Shown here one piece after another: positions 58,131 through 64,000 of a DNA stretch of 64,000 bases. How positions within the stretch are numbered: position 1 is the stretch's first letter; each line of letters opens with the position of its first letter. The notes under the pieces were generated by a model. It saw only the letters and a list, made by a program, of their open reading frames with translations, did not search any database and was not told the origin of the DNA. A program made the translations under genes and the position numbers. Source of the DNA: a candidate division FCPU426 bacterium (lineage in GTDB: Bacteria > Oederibacteriota > PGYV01 > Palsa-1178); contig CAWIXE010000001.1 of assembly GCA_963840035.1 (NCBI GenBank), positions 256,001-320,000 of the forward strand, read 5' to 3'.

Positions 58131-61100
58131 TTATTTTGCCTTTTTTAATTTGAGTTTCTTTAATGCCTTCAGCTTTTCCTCTTTTTTCCTCATCGCCCTT
58201 GTCTCAAAGTGCTCATATACAACAGGCACGACTACCAGCGTTAAGAACGTGGATGTAAGCAGGCCTCCTATTACAACCGTGGCGAGGCCTTCCCTTCCTT
58301 TGGAACCTTCTCCGAGCGACATGGCTATCGGCAGCATTCCGAAAATCATGGCGAATGTCGTCATCAAAATCGGCCTTAACCGGATGGGGGCCGCGTGAAG
58401 TATGGCTTCCCTCATTTTCATGCCCTGGTCGCGCATCTTGTTCGTAAAATCAAGGAGCAATATGCCGTTTTTCGCCACGAGCCCTATGACCATGAGCATT
58501 CCGATGAACCCGAAGAGGTCCAGGTCATAACCCGTAAGCAGCAGCGCCAAAAACGCGCCAATGATGGCAAGCGGCACGGCGACCATTATATAGAGAGGCT
58601 GGACATACGAGTTATAAAGCGATGCCAGAATCATGTACATGAAAAGTATGGCCAAAAGCATGGCCTTTCCCATCTCGAGCCCGAGCGATGCAAATTCCTT
58701 TGACTGGCCGCCCGCGGTGTATGCGTAGCCCTTCGGGAAAATTACGCTTTTTTCTATTGCGGCCTTTATCTTCTGGTTCACAAGCCCTATGTTTCCTCCC
58801 GGCGCGATATTGGCCGTAACCTTAACCACCCTGACCTTGTTTTCCCTGCGTATTTCGGAAGGGCCTGAAGTATAGTTGAAATCCACAACCGATGTCAGAG
58901 GAACCTTTTTGCCCATCCTGGTGGTTATGACTATACTTTTTAGATCGTCAACTTTTCTCCTGTTTGCCTTGTCCATCTGCATGGTTATGTCATACTGCTT
59001 TTCGCCTTTTTTAAAGTTGGTAATCTTAGTGCCCTGCATTAAGGTGCGCAGGAGCCCGCCTATCTCTGCCGTGGATATCCCGAGCTTTTCCGACTTTATC
59101 GGGTCAACTTTCAGCACGATTTCCGGAAGGCCGGGTTTTAACGAGACATCCGCGTCAGCGGCACCCGGCGTTTCCTGTACTATTTTCTTTATCTGCGACG
59201 AGAGGTTCTCAAGCACTTTCAGGTCATCGCCTGAGAGGCTGATTAATACAGGCAGGTATGAATCATCGCCTCCGCCCATGCCGCTTGTTATATTTAAATT
59301 GATGTATTTATCAAGTTTGCTTTCCTTCATAAAATTCCTGACCCTTTCGGCCTGCTTGTCAGTGGAAAGTTTCCTTTTGCCAAGCGGCTTCATGGAAACC
59401 AGGAGCGACCCTCTGTTAGTCCCCACGTTGCCGGACATGTCCGTACCTGCCATGACAAAGTATGATTCTATGTCCTTTTCTTTTGAAATAAAGTCCTCGA
59501 TCATGGATACGTACTGCGATGTTTTTTCAAGCGGCGCGCCTGAGTATGTTTCCATGCTCGCCATGAACATGCCGCGGTCGGAGTTCATGAAGCTTTTGCC
59601 TATGAAAGGCACAAGGAAGAAACTTCCTATGAAAAGCCCCACTGCCCACCCTATGACTGTTTTTTTATGATTAAGCGACCACTCAAGTATTTCGCCGTAC
59701 CAGACAGCCGCATCTTCATAAAATTCATTCCATTTGTCGGAAATTTCATACGCGGCCTTTATAAACCCGGTCTTCTTTGTCCTGTCTTCTTTTTTGTACC
59801 AGTATGCCGAGAGCATGGGCGCCGTGGTAAATGCGTCCAGCAGCGAGATGCCAAGCGCGAAAGCCACTGTCAGCCCGAACTGCTTAAAAAACTGGCCTAT
59901 GACCCCGGATAAAAATGATATCGGAAGGAATACGGCCATGATTGAAAGAGTTGTTGATATTACGGCAAGCGCTACTTCGTTCGTGCCGAACTCAGCCGCT
60001 TTTTTCGGCTCCATGCCCGCTTCTATGTGCCTGAATATGTTCTCGCGCACGACTATGGAGTCGTCAATTAAAAGCCCGACCGCAAGTGACAGCGAGAGCA
60101 GTGTGATGGTATTTATGGAAAAACCCGCTATCATCATAAGGAAGAACGAGCCTATGATGGAATTCGGCAGGGCCACTGCGGTGATTATGGCTGACCTGAA
60201 ATTGCCCAAAAAGAGCCAGACTATAAGTATGGCAAGTATGGCGCCTATTAAAATATTCTCAAGTATGCCCTCGACGCTTCTTTTTATTCCGGTGGTGGTA
60301 TCCCCGGCTGAGGCGAGCTTTACGTCTGACGGGAGGGTCTTTTGTATTTCCTTTATCTGTTTTAAGACATTATTGGCCACTTCGACGGAATTCGCGCCGC
60401 TTTGTTTTAACACCGAGAACATGACAGCAGGGGACTTGTTTACCCTGACCTTTACGGTTTCGTCCTCAAGCGTAAAGTTTACTTTGGCCACATCCTTTAT
60501 CCTTACTATTTTTCCCGTATTGGATGTCAGCGGCAGGTTTCCTATGTCTTCCACATTCTGGAACTCGCCCAATATCCTGACCGTAATATTTTTTTCAGTT
60601 CCCTCGACCACGCCTACGGGGAAGTTAAGGTTCCTGCCGTTTATCGCGCCTGTTATCATCCCTGTGGTGATGCCCCTGGCTAAAAGCAGCGCCTTGTTAA
60701 CCTCTATCTTTACCATCTTTTTCTGGCCGCCGAAAATATTAATCGACGCCACGCCCGGGATCCTTTCAAGCTGCGGTTTTATGTCGTCCTCAAGCAGCTC
60801 GCGCAGGTCCGCCGACGTCCTTTTCCCGGATACTGACATGAACTGTATGGGAATGTCGGAAAAACTGAATTTCTGTATGATGGGCTCCTGTATGTCGTCA
60901 GGCAAAATAGTCTTTGTGGCGGCTACCTTGTCCCTTACCTTTATCTCGGCGAATTTGACATCCGTGCCGAGCGTAAAGGAAACGCCAATCATTGCGACAC
61001 CTTCCCTGCACGAAGTGGTCACCTTATCTAGCCCTTCAAGGGTGGAAAAGGAATCTTCAAGCGGCTTTGCCACTATGGTTTCCATTTCCTCAGCTGACGC

Positions 61101-61259
61101 CCCGGGGTATATTACCGTGACCGAGACAGTCGGAAAGTCCACGTTAGGCATTAAGTCCCACGGAAGGCTGGTATACCCGAGCCAGCCCAGGGTAATGATG
61201 GATAAAACTATCATTACGATGAATACCGGTCTCTTTATAGCTAATGCTGCTATGTTCAT
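58131..61259 (-). CDS. RND efflux permease (AcrB family), paralog of 53052-56183
   Basis: Same motifs (GLLIDDSIVVREN, RLRPILMTT). Confidence 0.96.
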   Translation of the reverse strand: MNIAALAIKRPVFIVMIVLSIITLGWLGYTSLPWDLMPNVDFPTVSVTVIYPGASAEEMETIVAKPLEDSFSTLEGLDKVTTSCREGVAMIGVSFTLGTDVKFAEIKVRDKVAATKTILPDDIQEPIIQKFSFSDIPIQFMSVSGKRTSADLRELLEDDIKPQLERIPGVASINIFGGQKKMVKIEVNKALLLARGITTGMITGAINGRNLNFPVGVVEGTEKNITVRILGEFQNVEDIGNLPLTSNTGKIVRIKDVAKVNFTLEDETVKVRVNKSPAVMFSVLKQSGANSVEVANNVLKQIKEIQKTLPSDVKLASAGDTTTGIKRSVEGILENILIGAILAILIVWLFLGNFRSAIITAVALPNSIIGSFFLMMIAGFSINTITLLSLSLAVGLLIDDSIVVRENIFRHIEAGMEPKKAAEFGTNEVALAVISTTLSIMAVFLPISFLSGVIGQFFKQFGLTVAFALGISLLDAFTTAPMLSAYWYKKEDRTKKTGFIKAAYEISDKWNEFYEDAAVWYGEILEWSLNHKKTVIGWAVGLFIGSFFLVPFIGKSFMNSDRGMFMASMETYSGAPLEKTSQYVSMIEDFISKEKDIESYFVMAGTDMSGNVGTNRGSLLVSMKPLGKRKLSTDKQAERVRNFMKESKLDKYINLNITSGMGGGDDSYLPVLISLSGDDLKVLENLSSQIKKIVQETPGAADADVSLKPGLPEIVLKVDPIKSEKLGISTAEIGGLLRTLMQGTKITNFKKGEKQYDITMQMDKANRRKVDDLKSIVITTRMGKKVPLTSVVDFNYTSGPSEIRRENKVRVVKVTANIAPGGNIGLVNQKIKAAIEKSVIFPKGYAYTAGGQSKEFASLGLEMGKAMLLAILFMYMILASLYNSYVQPLYIMVAVPLAIIGAFLALLLTGYDLDLFGFIGMLMVIGLVAKNGILLLDFTNKMRDQGMKMREAILHAAPIRLRPILMTTFAMIFGMLPIAMSLGEGSKGREGLATVVIGGLLTSTFLTLVVVPVVYEHFETRAMRKKEEKLKALKKLKLKKAK

Positions 61260-61315
61260 GTTGAACTCCTTGTTAATAAGTTATAAGTAATAGGTAATAA
61301 GTCAGAAGTGACGCT

Positions 61316-62245
61316 TTACTTTTTTCCTTTTGCCTTTGCATTGAGTGTGAGCGTGCCGTTATCCACCGACGCGCCTTCAAAAAGCCTGAAGTTTCCGTCA
61401 GTTACTACGGTGTCGCCTTCAGAAAGCGGCCCGTCAATTTCTATCATGTCATTAATCCTGAATCCTGTATTTACTTTTACCTGCGATACTTTTCCGCCCT
61501 TGTTCACATATACATAAGCCCCGGATTCACCCAGGAGCACTGCTTTTTCGGGAACAACGAAACCCTCTTTTTCCTCGGTCAAAACATCCACGTTCACAGA
61601 CATGCCAATTTTCATGGTTTTTCCCTTGTTTGCCGCCTTTACCACCACGGTACCAGCCATGATATCCTTGTCCACCACCGGCGGCACTGACGCCACTGTG
61701 GCGGTTACTGAGATGGCGCTGTCATTGACAAAAAATATCTGCGCGCTCTGGCCCTTATGCACCTTTAAAAGGTCGTCCTGGCCGAGGTTGAAAACGACTT
61801 TTATATTATCCTCATTTGCCACTTCAGCCACGGGCATCTGCGGCGATACTGAATCGCCCTTGTCCATGTAATAAAGTTTAGTTATCATGCCGGTAACCGG
61901 CGCCTTTACAGGGGCGAGCTCAAACGTGGCGCCCACTATGTCGCGGTCTATGAATGAAATAATGTCCCCGCGGTTTACCATCTGGCCTTCAACCACGTTG
62001 TTCCTTGAAAATTTTCCCGGCACCTGCGGGTAAACTTTAACCTGCGGGTCGCCTTCCAATATGCCCTGCACCGATAGTATGTGCGGCACTTTCTGCTTTG
62101 CCAGCTTTACGTCCGATATGTTAAAAATTACATCCTTCTGTTTCTTCGCGCCGTTTGCGATCGAAATCACAACGCGGATTAGGATAAACGCCACGAGCGC
62201 TATCCCCGCCCACTTTAATATTGTTTTTGCAAGTTCCCTGTTCAT
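61316..62245 (-). CDS. RND periplasmic adaptor (MFP), short form
   Basis: GDPQVKVYP, VKAPVTGMI, KIGMSV. Confidence 0.88.
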   Translation of the reverse strand: MNRELAKTILKWAGIALVAFILIRVVISIANGAKKQKDVIFNISDVKLAKQKVPHILSVQGILEGDPQVKVYPQVPGKFSRNNVVEGQMVNRGDIISFIDRDIVGATFELAPVKAPVTGMITKLYYMDKGDSVSPQMPVAEVANEDNIKVVFNLGQDDLLKVHKGQSAQIFFVNDSAISVTATVASVPPVVDKDIMAGTVVVKAANKGKTMKIGMSVNVDVLTEEKEGFVVPEKAVLLGESGAYVYVNKGGKVSQVKVNTGFRINDMIEIDGPLSEGDTVVTDGNFRLFEGASVDNGTLTLNAKAKGKK

Positions 62246-62288
62246 TTCAAACCTCCGTGTTTAGTTAATTTTTACAGCGGCTACCAAC

Positions 62289-63776
62289 CTAATTTATAAA
62301 GTCCTTAAGCTTCTGCGCCGTTGTTATGTAGTTATACATCGCGTTTAAGTAATTCATCTTCGCGCGAAGCATGCCTGTCTCGGCGTTTAAAAGGTCCACT
62401 GACTGTATGAGCCCGTTCCTGTAGGACTCTTTCGCTATCCTGTAGCCTTCCTCCGCCGTCTTTATAAGGTCGTCCGCCGCCTCTATTATCTTGGCGTTCT
62501 GCTCGAGCGAGGTGTACAACTGGTCCATCTGTATGGTCAGCATGTTGTCCACGTTTTCCTTATTAAGCTCGGCTTTTTCGGCGTTAGCGCACGCTTCTTT
62601 TACTGAAGCCACGTTCTTAAAGGAGTCAAATATGGTCCACTGCAGCCCTATTGTTATGTCCCACGCGGTATTCCAGTAACCCGCCTCGCTGTGGAACGCT
62701 GAGGAAGTATCGTTATAGTAGCTGTAGTTAGCCGAAAGGGCTATATTCGGCAGCAGCATGGCAGCCTGCAGGTTCCTGTTGTATTTCGCTATGTTGGCCA
62801 CGGCCTCTATCTGCTCGCTGTCGTCATTTTGTTCCGCAAATTTTTTCTTAATCTCGTCATATGTCATGTCCAGCTTCTGGTACTCGGGCGTGCCTGAAAG
62901 GGCCACTGGCTGGTCAAGAGGGACTCCTATGGTGTTTTTCAGCATCTGCATGGCGAGTTTTGCGCCGTCAACGGCTTTTTGCGCGTCCGGTATGGAGTTC
63001 GCGTACTGTACCTGCGCCTGAAGCACGTCAAAGTTTGATGCCTGCCCGTTGGCGTATTTGGTCTTTGTTATCCTTAAGTATTCCTCGTTTGCCTTCATGG
63101 TCTCGGTCATGGTCTTTGCCATTTCCTGTGCTATCAGGGCGTAGTAAAAAGAGTTCATCACGTCAAGTTTGAGCTTTTCGTTCGCCTTCTTGAAATTTAT
63201 CTTGGCTATCTTGTACCCTTCCTCCGCCATCTTAAAGCCGAAGAAAGTCTTTCCAAAGGTGAATAAAGGCTGGGAAAGCGAAACGCGCGCCGAATAATAA
63301 TTCTGGGGCATTATGGATACCGGCGTGTCATTTGGCGGGAAGCCTGGCCCGAGCATGTCTTTCGGGAATATTGAGGTCGACAGTTTAGTAAAAGGCTCAT
63401 AACCGCCCATTATTGATATAGTCGGACCAAATGAAGCCGCTCCCTTTGCAAGCTGCGCCTCAGCCGCCGTCATGTCCAGTTTGGCTATCTTAAAATCCCT
63501 GTTCTTATCAGACGCCATTTTATAGCAGTCGTCAAAAGAAAGCACCGGGCTGTTTTCCACCGATACCGAAGGGTTTAATGTGGCCACCGCGACCACAACC
63601 GCTGTTTCAGCCGCCGTTGCCTCCGCTTGCGGCACAGCCGCAGCCCTGGCTTTGGACTTGACCGGCTTTACCGCCGCTGTATTTTCCGCCGCCATCACAG
63701 GCGCCGCCAGTAAAAGCGCCGCCATTACCGTGCTTATAATTGAAAATTTAAAATTGACAATTGAGAATGTTTTCAT
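62289..63776 (-). CDS. TolC-family outer-membrane efflux protein
   Basis: Signal peptide, SLSQPLFTFG, YANG...FDVLQAQ, YRNG...VDLLNAE. Confidence 0.93.
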   Translation of the reverse strand: MKTFSIVNFKFSIISTVMAALLLAAPVMAAENTAAVKPVKSKARAAAVPQAEATAAETAVVVAVATLNPSVSVENSPVLSFDDCYKMASDKNRDFKIAKLDMTAAEAQLAKGAASFGPTISIMGGYEPFTKLSTSIFPKDMLGPGFPPNDTPVSIMPQNYYSARVSLSQPLFTFGKTFFGFKMAEEGYKIAKINFKKANEKLKLDVMNSFYYALIAQEMAKTMTETMKANEEYLRITKTKYANGQASNFDVLQAQVQYANSIPDAQKAVDGAKLAMQMLKNTIGVPLDQPVALSGTPEYQKLDMTYDEIKKKFAEQNDDSEQIEAVANIAKYNRNLQAAMLLPNIALSANYSYYNDTSSAFHSEAGYWNTAWDITIGLQWTIFDSFKNVASVKEACANAEKAELNKENVDNMLTIQMDQLYTSLEQNAKIIEAADDLIKTAEEGYRIAKESYRNGLIQSVDLLNAETGMLRAKMNYLNAMYNYITTAQKLKDFIN

Positions 63777-63788
63777 CTTTTCCTCCGT

Positions 63789-64000
63789 TTAGTAATATAT
63801 TTGCCATGCGAGCCCTGCTTTAAATACCTGTATCTCGCCCTGGCCTTTTACTGTGCTTATGTTTGAATATGACGGCCTTTCTATCCTTAAGGAAAGCACC
63901 GCTATGTCCTCGACGTTCCAGTTGACTGAAAACCCGAAGTTATAATAATCTGCAACCCACGAGCTATCCCTGTCAAAGAGAGCGGTATTGGGCCCGTATA
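63789..64000 (-). CDS. 3' end of a probable outer-membrane beta-barrel protein (partial)
   Basis: Open frame ...YNFGFSVNW...VFKAGLAWQIYY-stop, ending 12 bp before the TolC-family gene. Confidence 0.6.
   Translation of the reverse strand, partial: YGPNTALFDRDSSWVADYYNFGFSVNWNVEDIAVLSLRIERPSYSNISTVKGQGEIQVFKAGLAWQIYY

Overview
Bacterial chromosomal window from a diderm organism (TolC, PorV-like barrel, lipoproteins, FlgD-like Ig domains, Thr/Pro linkers; lineage not determined here). Almost all genes lie on the minus strand. Bases <1-15137 hold what appears to be one giant (>5,000 aa) secreted multidomain surface-protein gene, broken by two single-base frameshifts that share the same 10-mer. 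A sigma-54-type promoter precedes an unusual operon: a 58-aa HTH protein missed by the ORF track, a stand-alone divergent sigma-70 region 1.2-2 protein, an unknown protein and a FlgD-Ig-tailed secreted protein. Further on are an NtrC-family regulator, an 8-copy 94/95-bp hairpin array, a STAS protein, a GH31-like lipoprotein with an internal deletion, a histidine kinase and a tandemly duplicated ~270-bp structured element. Housekeeping and envelope genes follow: uvrC, a DEAD-box helicase, an HTH-less LacI-like protein, uvrB, a PorV-FlgD-OmpA fusion, HU, an Rrf2-metY-cysK-metX-metW sulfur amino-acid cluster, queH, a second kinase and two RND efflux sets with one TolC. Intergenic regions carry many kinds of small palindromic elements (heptamer hairpins, GTAG-REPs and others). 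No rRNA, tRNA, CRISPR array, transposase or integrase was recognised. All product calls come from motif recognition by eye, not database searches.
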